The position numbers and the translations under genes are program-made. A stretch of 64,000 nucleotides of DNA, from positions 1,835-65,834 of the forward strand of contig JACREU010000002.1 in NCBI GenBank assembly GCA_016212705.1. The letters are read 5' to 3'. Positions 27,082-37,384 of the stretch are shown in pieces. Below the pieces are notes generated by a model. The model searched no databases. It was not told the DNA's origin and saw only the letters and a program-made list of their open reading frames with translations. How positions within the stretch are numbered: the first letter of the stretch is position 1; each line of letters opens with the position of its first letter. The stretch is from Deltaproteobacteria bacterium. Lineage in GTDB: Bacteria; Desulfobacterota; GWC2-55-46.

Positions 27082-29307
27082 ATGCCGAACAGGCTAAACA
27101 TCGCTTTTATGTGGCACATGCACCAGCCCCTCTACAAGGACCCGGCCACGAACGAGTACACCATGCCGTGGGTCCTCTTCCACGCGACAAAAGACTACTA
27201 CGACATGGTCGCGATATTGGACGAGTTCCCGGAGGTCCACCAGACCTTCAACCTCGTACCGTGCCTTATCGAGCAGTTGAACGAGTACGCGAGCGGCAAG
27301 GCGAACGACTCATACGGGAAGATAAGCGCCAGGACCGTCGCCGAGCTTACGAAGGAAGACAAGTCCTTCATGCTCCAGTACTTCTTCCAGGCGAACTGGG
27401 ACCACATGATAAGGCCGGTCCCGAGGTATCTGGAGCTCCTCCGGAAGCGCGGCCTCAACAACACCAAAGAGGAGGTCCAGGCTGTCCTCCGGTACTTCAG
27501 GGACGAGGATTATCTCGACCTCCAGGTGCTCTTCAACCTCGTCTGGATTGACCCTGTGTTCAGGGAGAAGGACCCGTTTCTGCGCGCCCTGTACGAAAAG
27601 GGCGGCGGATACACCGAGCAGGAAAAGAAGAAGCTCCTGCAGAGGCAGACCGCGATAGCCGGCATGGTAGTGCCCAAGTACGCGGAGATGATGGAGAAGG
27701 GGATAATCGAGGTCTCGACTACGCCGTATTATCATCCGATACTCCCGCTCCTTTGCGACAGCCTTTCGGCAAGGGAGGCTATGCCCGGCGTGACGCTCCC
27801 GAAGGAGAGGTTCATCCACCCGGAGGACGCCGTTGTTCAGCTCAAGAGAGGCGTGGAACTCTACGAGAAGACCTTTGGCAGAAGGCCGGCGGGGCTCTGG
27901 CCGTCCGAGGGTTCGGTGTCCATGGAGATGCTCCCGCTTGTGGCGGCCGAGGGTTTCAAGTGGCTCGCGACCGACGAGGAGATACTCTCGAACTCGCTCA
28001 AAAGGCCTTTACGGAGGGACAGCTCCGGCAACTGCTACGACCCGTTCCTGTACAAGGCATATTCGGTGGAGGCGGCCGGGGAGAGGTTGTCGATGGTATT
28101 CAGGGACCACGTCCTCTCGGACCTCATCGGATTCGACTACTCGAAGCTCGACCCCGAGGCCGCGGCGAACGACATGGTCTCAAGGCTCATACACATACAC
28201 AACATGCTCGAGGAGCCCGGCAGGCACATCGTCCCCATCATACTCGACGGCGAAAACGCCTGGGAGCACTTCAGGAACGACGGGAGGGATTTTCTGGTAG
28301 CCCTGTATTCGAAGCTCGAACGCCACACTAAGCTCAAATGCGTGACGATCAGCGAGTTCCTTGCCAACGAGACGCGCAGGGACGAAATCCAGTGGCTCTT
28401 CCCCGGCTCCTGGATAAGCCACAACTTCCGTATCTGGATAGGGCACCCCGAGGACAACGCGGCCTGGGACTTCATAGCGGATGCGAGGTCGGCGCTCGTC
28501 CAATACGAAAAGGCCCTTACCCCGCAGGAGAGGGAAGAGAAAAAGGACAACCTCGTTGCGGCGTGGGACGAGATCTACGCCGCCGAGGGGAGCGACTGGT
28601 TCTGGTGGTACGGGGAGGAGCACTCGTCTTTGAGCGACGAGCACTTCGACAACCTCTTCAGGCGCCACATAAAGAGGATATACGCCCTTATCGACGCGGA
28701 GCCTCCGGACTCGCTCGATATCCCTATTTCGTCCGAGGTCAAGGGGTTCGTGCCGCCGCTTACGCCTACCGCCCTTATAAAGCCTGTCATAGACGGGACG
28801 ATATCCAATTACTTCGAGTGGCTCGCCGCCGGAAGGCTTGAGAGACAGTACTACGGCTCCGCCATGCACAGGGAACTGCAGAGCAACGGTTTGATCGAGT
28901 CCGTCTCCTACGGCTTTTCGGAGGAAGAGCTTTTTTTCCGTTTCGATTACCTCGCCGAGGCCGCGTCCTTTGAAAAGGAGTGGTCCCTCTCCATCAACTT
29001 CATGCACCCGTCCGACGTAAGGCTCGCGGCCGTCGTCAAGGGGGCGGAGTCCTCCGTGACGGCGCAGGCCAAAAAGGACGGCAAGTGGGCCGAGGAGAAG
29101 GACCACGGCGTACGCGTCGCTTCCGACGCGGTAGTTGAGCTATCGCTCCCGCTCTCGCTCCTCGGCGGCATCGACAAGGGCGCGGAGATACGGCTCGTAA
29201 TAACCATCAACGCCGGAGATCGCGGGATAGAACGGTGGCCGGTCAAGGGATTCATCGTCTTCCACGCGCCGTCCGAGGACTTCGAGGAGCAGAACTGGAT
29301 AGTGTAA
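27082..29307 (+). CDS. Glycoside hydrolase family 57 (amylopullulanase-like)
   Basis: WHMHQP, PYYHPILPLL, GLWPSEG (nucleophile), ILDGENAWE (acid/base) and AEGSDWFWWYG. Confidence 0.95.
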   Translation: MPNRLNIAFMWHMHQPLYKDPATNEYTMPWVLFHATKDYYDMVAILDEFPEVHQTFNLVPCLIEQLNEYASGKANDSYGKISARTVAELTKEDKSFMLQYFFQANWDHMIRPVPRYLELLRKRGLNNTKEEVQAVLRYFRDEDYLDLQVLFNLVWIDPVFREKDPFLRALYEKGGGYTEQEKKKLLQRQTAIAGMVVPKYAEMMEKGIIEVSTTPYYHPILPLLCDSLSAREAMPGVTLPKERFIHPEDAVVQLKRGVELYEKTFGRRPAGLWPSEGSVSMEMLPLVAAEGFKWLATDEEILSNSLKRPLRRDSSGNCYDPFLYKAYSVEAAGERLSMVFRDHVLSDLIGFDYSKLDPEAAANDMVSRLIHIHNMLEEPGRHIVPIILDGENAWEHFRNDGRDFLVALYSKLERHTKLKCVTISEFLANETRRDEIQWLFPGSWISHNFRIWIGHPEDNAAWDFIADARSALVQYEKALTPQEREEKKDNLVAAWDEIYAAEGSDWFWWYGEEHSSLSDEHFDNLFRRHIKRIYALIDAEPPDSLDIPISSEVKGFVPPLTPTALIKPVIDGTISNYFEWLAAGRLERQYYGSAMHRELQSNGLIESVSYGFSEEELFFRFDYLAEAASFEKEWSLSINFMHPSDVRLAAVVKGAESSVTAQAKKDGKWAEEKDHGVRVASDAVVELSLPLSLLGGIDKGAEIRLVITINAGDRGIERWPVKGFIVFHAPSEDFEEQNWIV

Positions 29308-29324
29308 GACCGGAATCCGTCATT

Positions 29325-29357
29325 CCCGCGGTCTCTAAGCGGGGACCGGGGTCTTTT
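29325..29357 (+). terminator. Probable terminator after the GH57 gene
   Basis: CCCG-CGGTCTC/GGGACCG-GGG hairpin followed by TCTTTT. Confidence 0.5.
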
Positions 29358-29465
29358 AGCGATAGGACTTAACAGCACGGGTTCCTGTCCACGCGGAAAC
29401 CGTCAAGCGCATTTATTTTCCGGAAGTCTATAATCTGACGTTTGTATCTGGCTACCTCTCATCCT

Positions 29466-32048
29466 ATGAAAACCGTAACCCCTGCCATGCGGCAGTACCT
29501 CGATATCAAGGCCCTGCACAAGGACTCCATCCTGTTCTTCAGGATGGGGGACTTCTACGAGATGTTCTTTGAGGACGCGCTCCTCGCCTCGCGCGCGCTC
29601 GGCATAGCTCTCACGTCCAGAGACAAGGAACGCAAGGTCCCTATGTGCGGCGTGCCGTATCATGCGGCGGCCTCATACGTCGCGAGGCTCGTTAAAGACG
29701 GGCACAAGATCGCGATATGCGAGCAGACGACCGCCCCCGTGGATGCGAAGGGCATCGTCGAGAGGGCCGTAGTAAAGGTCATAACGCCGGGTGTCGCGCT
29801 CGATGACGAGCTCCTCGATCCCAAGTCGAACAACTTCATAGCCTCAGCCTGTTTGAACGGCACAAGGGCGGGGTTCGCCTACATGGACGTCTCGACCGGA
29901 GAGTTCAGGGCGACGCTCCTCTCGTCCTTATCCGCCGTCGATGAGGAGATCAAAAGGATAAGGCCGCTCGAACTGCTCGTTCCGGATGGCGCTGTCTTCT
30001 CTTTTGAAAATGCGGACATCCATGTCAGGAAGGTCACGGAGCTACCCGCCTGCGAGTTCGACTTCGCGTCCGCCGCTGAGAGGCTCTCCGCCCAGTTCGG
30101 GACAACGTCCCTGGACGGCTTCGGCCTCTCCGAGCTCTCGGACGGCGTGAGAGCCGCCGGGGCGCTCCTCGCCTACGTCAAAGAGACGCAGAAGGGCGCG
30201 CTTGGCCATGTCACGAGGTGCACGCCCTATTATACTGAGGACTATCTCGTCATGGACGCCTCCACCAGGAGGAACCTCGAGATAACCGAAAATTTAAGGG
30301 GAGGCGGAAGGGAGGCAACGCTCCTTGAGCTACTCGACAGGACGCGGACCGCTATGGGGGGCAGGCGCCTCAGGTCCTGGCTCATCCACCCGCTAAAGGA
30401 CATCGCCCCCATCCGCGACAGGCAGGAGGCGGTCTCCGAGCTACTGGACAAAAGAGAGGCGCGCTCGGCGCTAAGTGCGTCTCTCTCAAGTCTATACGAC
30501 ATCGAGAGGCTCTCAGTTAGGGCCTCTCTCGGGGCCGCGGGCCCGAGGGACCTTGTCGCCTTAAAGGACTCGCTCAAGGTCATACCCGAGCTGATAGATG
30601 CGCTCTCCAGGTTCAATGGCGCGCTTTTGAAGGACGTCTCCGCCGCGTTGGACGCGGTGCCGGAGGCGTCCGCGCTCATAGAGAGGGCGATAATCGACGC
30701 GCCTCCGGTGAACGCGAGGGACGGCGGCTTCATAAGGGCGGGCTTTGACGCTACACTCGACGAGCTGCGCTCCATACGTTCCGGAGGCAAGGACTGGATA
30801 GCCGCGCTCGAGGCCTCCGAGAGGCTAAAGACAGGGATAAATTCGCTCAAGGTCGGTTACAACAGGGTCTTCGGCTACTATATAGAGATTACGAAGTCCA
30901 ACCTCTCGTCGGTCCCGGCTGATTACATAAGAAAGCAGACGCTCGTCGGAGCGGAACGCTTCATCACCCCGGCGCTTAAGGACTGGGAGGAGAAGATACT
31001 CTCGGCCGAGGAGAGGTCCATCGCGCTCGAGGGAAGGCTTTTTTCAAAGATACTTTTTGAGACCGCGCGCCACGAAGGGCGCGTGCTGAGGACCTCGGAC
31101 GCCGTTGCGGTCCTCGATACCCTGATTTCTTTCGCGGACGCCGCCTCCGAAGGCGGGTACGCGAGGCCCATCGTCGACGATTCCGACTCAATCGACATAG
31201 AAGGCGGCAGGCACCCGGTCGTTGAGCGCCTCTCGAAGGACGGGTTCGTCTCGAACGACCTCGCGCTCGGGCCAGATACGAGGGTCGTAATACTCACCGG
31301 CCCGAACATGGCCGGGAAGTCCACTTATCTACGCCAGAACGCGCTCATCATACTCCTTGCGCAAATCGGGTCATTTGTCCCTGCCGCGCGCGCGCGCATA
31401 GGCGTAGTTGACAGGATATTCACGCGGGTCGGGGCCTCAGACGACCTCGCGCGGGGGCATTCGACGTTCATGGTGGAGATGAACGAGACGGCGAACATCC
31501 TGAATAACGCGACACCCAGGAGCTTCATCGTCCTTGACGAGATAGGCAGGGGGACATCGACCTTCGACGGCCTCTCCATAGCCTGGGCGGTCGTCGAGCA
31601 CCTGCATGACAAACAGACCGTCGCGGCAAAGACGCTCTTCGCCACGCATTACCACGAGCTCACCGACCTTTCCTTGACAAGGGAAAGGGTCAAAAATTAT
31701 AATATGGCTGTAAAGGAATGGGGAGATAATATAATCTTTTTAAGGAAGGTGGTGCCCGGCGGCGCGTCCCGGAGCTACGGGATACAGGTCGCGAGGCTCG
31801 CGGGCCTGCCCGGGGAAGTGATAGCGCGCGCGCGGGAGATACTCAAGAACCTCGAATCCGGCGAGCTCAACTCGTCCGGAGTGCCGAGGATATCCGTTCA
31901 GGCGGAGAGGCGCGAAGCGCGCCAGTTGAGCCTGCTCGGAGGCCGCGACGATGTGCGCGAAAGGCTCAGAGAGCTTGAGATAGAGCGTCTGACGCCGCTT
32001 GACGCGCTCCTTGAGCTCAAAAACCTCAAAGACATGCTGGAGAACTGA
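29466..32048 (+). CDS. mutS: DNA mismatch repair protein MutS
   Basis: TPAMRQY, FRMGDFYEMF, TGPNMAGKST, STFMVEM, DEIGRGTST, FATHYHEL and SYGIQVARLAG. Confidence 0.98.
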   Translation: MKTVTPAMRQYLDIKALHKDSILFFRMGDFYEMFFEDALLASRALGIALTSRDKERKVPMCGVPYHAAASYVARLVKDGHKIAICEQTTAPVDAKGIVERAVVKVITPGVALDDELLDPKSNNFIASACLNGTRAGFAYMDVSTGEFRATLLSSLSAVDEEIKRIRPLELLVPDGAVFSFENADIHVRKVTELPACEFDFASAAERLSAQFGTTSLDGFGLSELSDGVRAAGALLAYVKETQKGALGHVTRCTPYYTEDYLVMDASTRRNLEITENLRGGGREATLLELLDRTRTAMGGRRLRSWLIHPLKDIAPIRDRQEAVSELLDKREARSALSASLSSLYDIERLSVRASLGAAGPRDLVALKDSLKVIPELIDALSRFNGALLKDVSAALDAVPEASALIERAIIDAPPVNARDGGFIRAGFDATLDELRSIRSGGKDWIAALEASERLKTGINSLKVGYNRVFGYYIEITKSNLSSVPADYIRKQTLVGAERFITPALKDWEEKILSAEERSIALEGRLFSKILFETARHEGRVLRTSDAVAVLDTLISFADAASEGGYARPIVDDSDSIDIEGGRHPVVERLSKDGFVSNDLALGPDTRVVILTGPNMAGKSTYLRQNALIILLAQIGSFVPAARARIGVVDRIFTRVGASDDLARGHSTFMVEMNETANILNNATPRSFIVLDEIGRGTSTFDGLSIAWAVVEHLHDKQTVAAKTLFATHYHELTDLSLTRERVKNYNMAVKEWGDNIIFLRKVVPGGASRSYGIQVARLAGLPGEVIARAREILKNLESGELNSSGVPRISVQAERREARQLSLLGGRDDVRERLRELEIERLTPLDALLELKNLKDMLEN

Positions 32049-32053
32049 AGACC

Positions 32054-33310
32054 TTGCGACCTTGCCGCCACGCCCTTAAGCGCCTTATGCCCATCTTCCT
32101 TTTTGCCGCGCTCTTCCTTTGGCCGCTTCACGCGCGCGCCGGAAAGACCGCCGACGTAACGGAGGTCAAGCACTGGTCCAACCCGAATTATACAAGGATA
32201 GTCATAAGCCTCGATAAGACGGCCGCCTTCTCGCACAAGCTCCTTAACCCGGACCCGGCGATAAACAAGGACTGGCGGCGGCTCTACGTCGATATAAAGA
32301 ACGCTCATCTCGGAGAGACCCTCAACAAGAACATACCCATAAACGACGGGTTGCTCAAGGTGGCGAGGGCAGGGCAGTTCGACAAGGACACGGTCCGGGT
32401 CGTCTTCGACATAGAGTCCATAGAGGACTTCAAAATATTCCCCTTGAGCGACCCGTTCAGGATAATCGTCGACGTTACTGGAAAGGGCGAGGCCCTGGCA
32501 AAGGCGGAGAAGCCCCCTCCAGCGGCAAAAGAGCCTGAAAAGCCGCAGGCCGTCATAGAGAAGCCCTCGGCCGGGAAGGCGCCGGAGATAAGGAGCGCCT
32601 CTCCGACGATAACACAGCAACTCGGCCTTAAGGTGAGGAAGATAGTCCTCGACCCCGGCCACGGCGGCAAAGACCCCGGCGCCATCGGCAGGGGCGGCCT
32701 TAAGGAAAAAGACGTCACATTGAGGCTCGGCAGGATGCTCCGGGAGACGCTCTCCGCCAGGCTCGAATCAAAGGTCGTGATGACGCGCTCGACCGACGTC
32801 TTCATCCCGCTTGAGGAGAGGACCGCCATAGCGAACAGCCAGGACGCCGACCTCTTCGTCTCCATTCACATAAACGCCTCGCCCCGGAGAGCGGCCTCGG
32901 GTGTGGAGACATATACGCTCGGGCTCTCAAACAGCGAGGAGGCGAAACGGATCGCCGCGCGCGAGAACGCAACATCCACGCGCTCGGTGAGCGACCTCGA
33001 ATTCATTTTGAACGACCTCATAAAGACCGCGAAGACGAACGATTCGGTGAGGCTTGCCGCCTCGGTGCAGGACAAGCTCGTCTCTGGCCTTAAGGCGAAA
33101 TACAAATCGACAAAATCCAACGGCGTCAAGGGCGCGCCATTCTACGTGCTCGTCGGAACTAAGATGCCCGCGATACTCATCGAGGTCTCTTACATCTCGA
33201 ACCCGGACGAGGAAAAGAGGCTTAAGGACGAGCGGTACCTGAAAGAGGTCGTCGAGGGCATCACATCCGGTCTGCTTAAGTACATAAACGGCGGAGGCCA
33301 GTCGTTATAG
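32054..33310 (+). CDS. N-acetylmuramoyl-L-alanine amidase with AMIN domains (AmiC-like)
   Basis: Signal peptide, AMIN (YTRIVI, VRVVFD), LDPGHGGKDPGA, FVSIHINA and PAILIEV. Confidence 0.95.
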   Translation: MRPCRHALKRLMPIFLFAALFLWPLHARAGKTADVTEVKHWSNPNYTRIVISLDKTAAFSHKLLNPDPAINKDWRRLYVDIKNAHLGETLNKNIPINDGLLKVARAGQFDKDTVRVVFDIESIEDFKIFPLSDPFRIIVDVTGKGEALAKAEKPPPAAKEPEKPQAVIEKPSAGKAPEIRSASPTITQQLGLKVRKIVLDPGHGGKDPGAIGRGGLKEKDVTLRLGRMLRETLSARLESKVVMTRSTDVFIPLEERTAIANSQDADLFVSIHINASPRRAASGVETYTLGLSNSEEAKRIAARENATSTRSVSDLEFILNDLIKTAKTNDSVRLAASVQDKLVSGLKAKYKSTKSNGVKGAPFYVLVGTKMPAILIEVSYISNPDEEKRLKDERYLKEVVEGITSGLLKYINGGGQSL

Positions 33311-35962
33311 ATGCACAACCAGGTCCTCGATAGATTGAGAAAGAGCGCGCAGGCCGCGCCTGTCGTGAAGGAATTCCTTGCCAGGGGGGAGGAAGAGTTG
33401 AGGCGCCTGCACCTCGCCAGCCTCTCGGGCCGCGAGATATGCGGGTCGTACACTCTGCTCGTCGACAATATCCTGAAAGGGCTTTTCACCTTCAAGAAGG
33501 AGGAGCTCAAGTGCGGCGACCCCATGACCCTCGTCGCCATAGGCGGCTACGGCAGGGGCGAGCTCAACATACGGTCCGACATAGACCTCATGCTCCTTTA
33601 CGGCAGGAAACTCACCCCCGCTATCGAGGACCTGACCCAGCAGATGCTCTATGTCCTCTGGGACACGGGGCTCGACCTCGGCTTCAGCATCCGCTCCTTA
33701 TCCGAATGCATAGCGCTCGCCAAAGACGACCTTAAGACCATGACGGCGGTCCTGGACTTAAGGTTCATCGACGGGGACGAGAAGCTCTTCCAGGCGTTGC
33801 ATTCAAACGCAAGGAAGCACCTCTTCAACAAGGGGCGCATCGGGGATTTCGTAAGGGACAAGGTCGAGGAGACGAGGCAGAGGCACGCCAAGTACGGCGG
33901 CTCGGTCTACATCCTCGAACCGAACGTAAAGGAGGGCGAGGGGGGCCTGCGCGACCTCCACACTGCGATGTGGGTCGTAAAAGCCGGAAGCGGCAAGATC
34001 CTTGAGCCTTTCTCGACGTCCCTCATATCCGACCATGACAGAAAGACGCTCGACGCCTCGCTCGACTGCCTCCTCTGGGTGAGAAACGAGCTCCACTTCG
34101 CCACCGGGAGGAAGAACGACCAACTCACCTTCGACCACCAGGAGAGGATAGCCTCGCTCCTCGGTTTCGAGTCGAATGAAAAGGCGCTCGCGGTCGAGCA
34201 GTTCATGCAGAAGTATTACAAGGACGCCTCTAACGTAAACCATTACTCGAACCTCATATTATCCCGCTCCCTGCATACCGGAGACGAAAAGGTCTTCTCC
34301 TGGCCGAAGAAGAAGGTCCGCATAGACAAAAACTACTGCATAGCCGAGGGGGTGCTCGCTTTAAAAGACAAGGGCGCGCCCTTCGACGACCCGTCTGTCG
34401 CCATAAAGGCGTTCGAATACTCGCAGGCCTTCAACGTGGAGATACACCAGTCCACGAAGGACGCGGTCCTGCATTACCTCGACGGCGCCGGGGACGAGTT
34501 CAGACGCTCGCGCGACGTATCCGACTCGTTCCTGAAGATATTGAGGCACAAGGAGGTTTACAGGACACTCCTTGAGATGCAGAGGCTCAAATTCCTCGAG
34601 AAATATATCCCCGAGTTCGGGGATATAAGTTGCCGCGTACAGCACGACCTCTATCACGTGTACACGGTCGACGCGCACACGCTCTTTGCAGTCAGGGAGC
34701 TTGAGAGGCTCCGCGGCCAGTACAAGGCGGATTTTTCGCTCCTGTCCACCATCTTCGAAGAGATTCCTAACCCGGAGATACTCACCCTCGCAGTCCTCTT
34801 CCATGACATCGGAAAGGCGCACGGCAAGGGGCACGCCGAGAAGGGGGCCCACATAGTCCCAGCGATATGCGAGAGGCTCCATCTCTCGGAGGACGACACG
34901 AACCTCATAAAATTCCTCGTCAGGAACCACCTCATCCTCGCGGACACCGCCCAGTACAGGGACCTGCACGACGAGAACCTCGTAATAGAGTTCGCGAAGA
35001 AGATAGGCGACATGGAGAGGCTCAACCTCCTCTACCTCCTTACGTTCGCGGACGTCAGGGCAGTTGGGCCGGACGTCTGGAGCCAGTGGAAGGGCGCGCT
35101 CTTTCAGGAGCTCTACTTCAAGGTGCTTACCGTGCTTGAGCGCGGGACGTTCGAGCCAGAGGACGCGGCGGTAAAAATCGCCGTTGTAAAGGAGAGGGTC
35201 TTCGAGGCGTTGAGGCCTGATTGCGTGGACAGGTACTGCGTGGACGAATACTTCGGGCTTCTCCCGCCGAGGTACTTCCTCTCGAACCGCCCTGATACCA
35301 TCGCCGAGCACATAAAGACGCTCCGGGATTTTACAGGCAGGCCCTATGTGATGACAGTCCGCCAGGACACGTTCAGAGAGTACACGGAGGTCCTCATCTG
35401 CACGCACGACGTACACGGGCTCTTCTCCATGATAACGGGGGTAATGGCCGCCAACGCCGTCAATATACTGGGCGCGCAGATCAATACGCTCAAAAACGGC
35501 ATAGTCCTCGACGTATTGCAGGTGGTGAACGCCACAGGCGAGCTCATTACGGATGAGACCAGGCTTAAGAAGATGGAGCACGACCTCTCGGAAGTCATAA
35601 CAGGCAGGGTGAAGGTGGCCGCGCTCGTCGGCAGGAGAAAGCCATCGATACTGGATAAAAAGGCGAAGCCGACGGTGAGGACATCAGTCGAGATAGACAA
35701 CGAGGTATCCGACGCATACACCGTTATAGACATGCACGCGCAGAACAGGATCGGACTCCTTTACGACATAACGAGCACATTATCCCGCCTCGGCTTATAT
35801 ATCTACATAGCCAAGATATCGACCAAGGGAGACGCCGTTGCGGACATATTCTACGTGAAGGACATCTTTGGGCAAAAGATTTTCTATAAGGAGAAGCTTA
35901 AGGAGATGGCCGACCTCCTCCACAAGGCGCTGACCGAACGGCATGACAAGGGAGGCGCTTGA
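33311..35962 (+). CDS. glnD: [Protein-PII] uridylyltransferase
   Basis: GGYGRGEL...SDIDL, LEPNVKEGEGGLRD, HVYTVDAH, FHDIGK and two ACT domains. Confidence 0.97.
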   Translation: MHNQVLDRLRKSAQAAPVVKEFLARGEEELRRLHLASLSGREICGSYTLLVDNILKGLFTFKKEELKCGDPMTLVAIGGYGRGELNIRSDIDLMLLYGRKLTPAIEDLTQQMLYVLWDTGLDLGFSIRSLSECIALAKDDLKTMTAVLDLRFIDGDEKLFQALHSNARKHLFNKGRIGDFVRDKVEETRQRHAKYGGSVYILEPNVKEGEGGLRDLHTAMWVVKAGSGKILEPFSTSLISDHDRKTLDASLDCLLWVRNELHFATGRKNDQLTFDHQERIASLLGFESNEKALAVEQFMQKYYKDASNVNHYSNLILSRSLHTGDEKVFSWPKKKVRIDKNYCIAEGVLALKDKGAPFDDPSVAIKAFEYSQAFNVEIHQSTKDAVLHYLDGAGDEFRRSRDVSDSFLKILRHKEVYRTLLEMQRLKFLEKYIPEFGDISCRVQHDLYHVYTVDAHTLFAVRELERLRGQYKADFSLLSTIFEEIPNPEILTLAVLFHDIGKAHGKGHAEKGAHIVPAICERLHLSEDDTNLIKFLVRNHLILADTAQYRDLHDENLVIEFAKKIGDMERLNLLYLLTFADVRAVGPDVWSQWKGALFQELYFKVLTVLERGTFEPEDAAVKIAVVKERVFEALRPDCVDRYCVDEYFGLLPPRYFLSNRPDTIAEHIKTLRDFTGRPYVMTVRQDTFREYTEVLICTHDVHGLFSMITGVMAANAVNILGAQINTLKNGIVLDVLQVVNATGELITDETRLKKMEHDLSEVITGRVKVAALVGRRKPSILDKKAKPTVRTSVEIDNEVSDAYTVIDMHAQNRIGLLYDITSTLSRLGLYIYIAKISTKGDAVADIFYVKDIFGQKIFYKEKLKEMADLLHKALTERHDKGGA

Positions 35963-35965
35963 CGC

Positions 35966-36859
35966 ATGGAGGGGCAAGAGCTCATAGACTTTTTCCTCGA
36001 CTACATAGTCGTGGAAAAAGGGCTGGCCGAGAACACCAGGGCCTCATACTGCCGGGACCTCCTGCGGTTCAACGCCTATATCGTTCAAAAAGGCTCGTCC
36101 CTTGAGGCCGCCTCGCCTGAGGGTATCTCAGAGTTTCTAAAGTACCTGAAAGAGGCGGGGCTCTCGGTCGGGTCTTACACAAGGGGGCTCATCGCCCTGC
36201 GTTCCTTTTACAAGTTCCTCGTTAAAAAAGAGCATATAAAACTCTCCCCGTGTATTGCCATCGACATCCCCAAGGCCGTTAAAAAGCTCCCGGAGTTCCT
36301 TAAATTCGAAGAGGTCGAGAAGCTCCTTTCGGCGCCTAAGACGGATAAGCCGCTCGGGGCCAGGGACAAGGCGATGATAGAAGTGCTCTACGCAACCGGG
36401 CTCAGGGTATCCGAGCTCGTGACGCTTAAACTTAACGACTTGAACCTTCAGGCCGGCTATCTGACGGCGTTCGGCAAGGGGTCAAAGGAGCGGATCGTGC
36501 CTCTTGGAGAGGCGGCGCTCATCTGGCTCAAAAGGTACATGGAAGAGGCCCGGCCCGTTATACTAAAAATGAGGCAGAACAAGTACCTTTTTGTGACAAC
36601 TAGAGGCTCTCGCATGACGCGCCAGAACTTCTGGGTCATCATAAAGAGAGCGGCCGTTGATGCCAAGATTGACAAGCGGAAGATCAAGCCTCATATCATA
36701 CGGCATTCTTTCGCCACACACCTCCTGGAAGGAGGCGCCGACCTCCGGCTCGTGCAAGCGATGCTCGGCCACGCCGACATATCCACCACCCAGATATACA
36801 CACACATCACAAACGAACGCCTCAAGAACCTCCACAAATCGAAGCACCCGAGGGGATAG
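35966..36859 (+). CDS. xerD: Site-specific tyrosine recombinase XerD
   Basis: EKGLAENT, LYATGLRVSEL, GKGSKERIVP, MTRQNFW, HIIRHSFATHLL and QAMLGHADISTTQIYTH. Confidence 0.95.
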   Translation: MEGQELIDFFLDYIVVEKGLAENTRASYCRDLLRFNAYIVQKGSSLEAASPEGISEFLKYLKEAGLSVGSYTRGLIALRSFYKFLVKKEHIKLSPCIAIDIPKAVKKLPEFLKFEEVEKLLSAPKTDKPLGARDKAMIEVLYATGLRVSELVTLKLNDLNLQAGYLTAFGKGSKERIVPLGEAALIWLKRYMEEARPVILKMRQNKYLFVTTRGSRMTRQNFWVIIKRAAVDAKIDKRKIKPHIIRHSFATHLLEGGADLRLVQAMLGHADISTTQIYTHITNERLKNLHKSKHPRG

Positions 36860-36929
36860 GAGCGCCAGAGGTCACGAAGACATCCTATAAAAGGACCGTG
36901 GCAGAGCCTGTGGATCTCCCCTTGAGGTA

Positions 36930-36957
36930 ATTTGACATAATATCCATTATGCGACAT
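36930..36957 (-). other. dif: dif site (XerC/XerD recombination site)
   Basis: Minus strand reads ATGTCGCATAA-TGGATA-TTATGTCAAAT, against E. coli dif GGTGCGCATAA-TGTATA-TTATGTTAAAT: 11-6-11 layout and XerD arm 10/11 identical. Confidence 0.88.
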
Positions 36958-37321
36958 TGATTCCTATCCCTGACAATCAGCGCTGGACCCACATATATTC
37001 CTCAACTATCTATTTTAATAATGCCCCCTCCCGTGCCGTATCTATAAAATATTACATTACAAATTTAGCGCTGATGTTTTATATTTTAGCGACTATGGTG
37101 TATTATATTGCGCTGGCCAGGACATCAATGGCCGTTTATCTCCTGAACTCCAGCTTTCTCTATCTTCAATTCGCTAACTAAAACCATTTGAAAAACAACA
37201 CGTTAGTTGCCTGATTGCAGTATCGATCGCCTGAAAATATCTTATGTAGTGCCTGATATGACGGCCGCACCTGCGTAATAATCAACGTCAAGCGGTCTTT
37301 TTTCTCTTGTTCACAAAACCG

Positions 37322-37348
37322 TAAAGTTTTACGCATTAACGTCGATAA
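37322..37348 (+). promoter_or_regulatory. Sigma28 (FliA)-type promoter of the HDOD gene
   Basis: TAAAGTTT-N11-GTCGATAA, one mismatch to TAAAGTTT-N11-GCCGATAA, 36 bp before ATG 37385. Confidence 0.75.
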
Positions 37349-37384
37349 GGAATTATCCAAATAACGGCTTATTCAGGACGATCG

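Noticed and set aside
29319-29348. GTCATTCCCGCG...GCGGGG as a REP/dRS3-like dispersed repeat
   Set aside because: Single degenerate copy in the window, and adequately explained as the GH57 terminator hairpin.
35966-36859. Tyrosine recombinase as a phage or island integrase
   Set aside because: Has XerD signatures (TRQNFW, QAMLGHADISTTQIYTH), is coupled to glnD, and has no mobile genes nearby.
36957-37360. Small ORFs 36957-37181 (+) and 37178-37360 (-)
   Set aside because: No RBS, atypical AT-rich codons and no motifs; the region reads as regulatory/terminus DNA.
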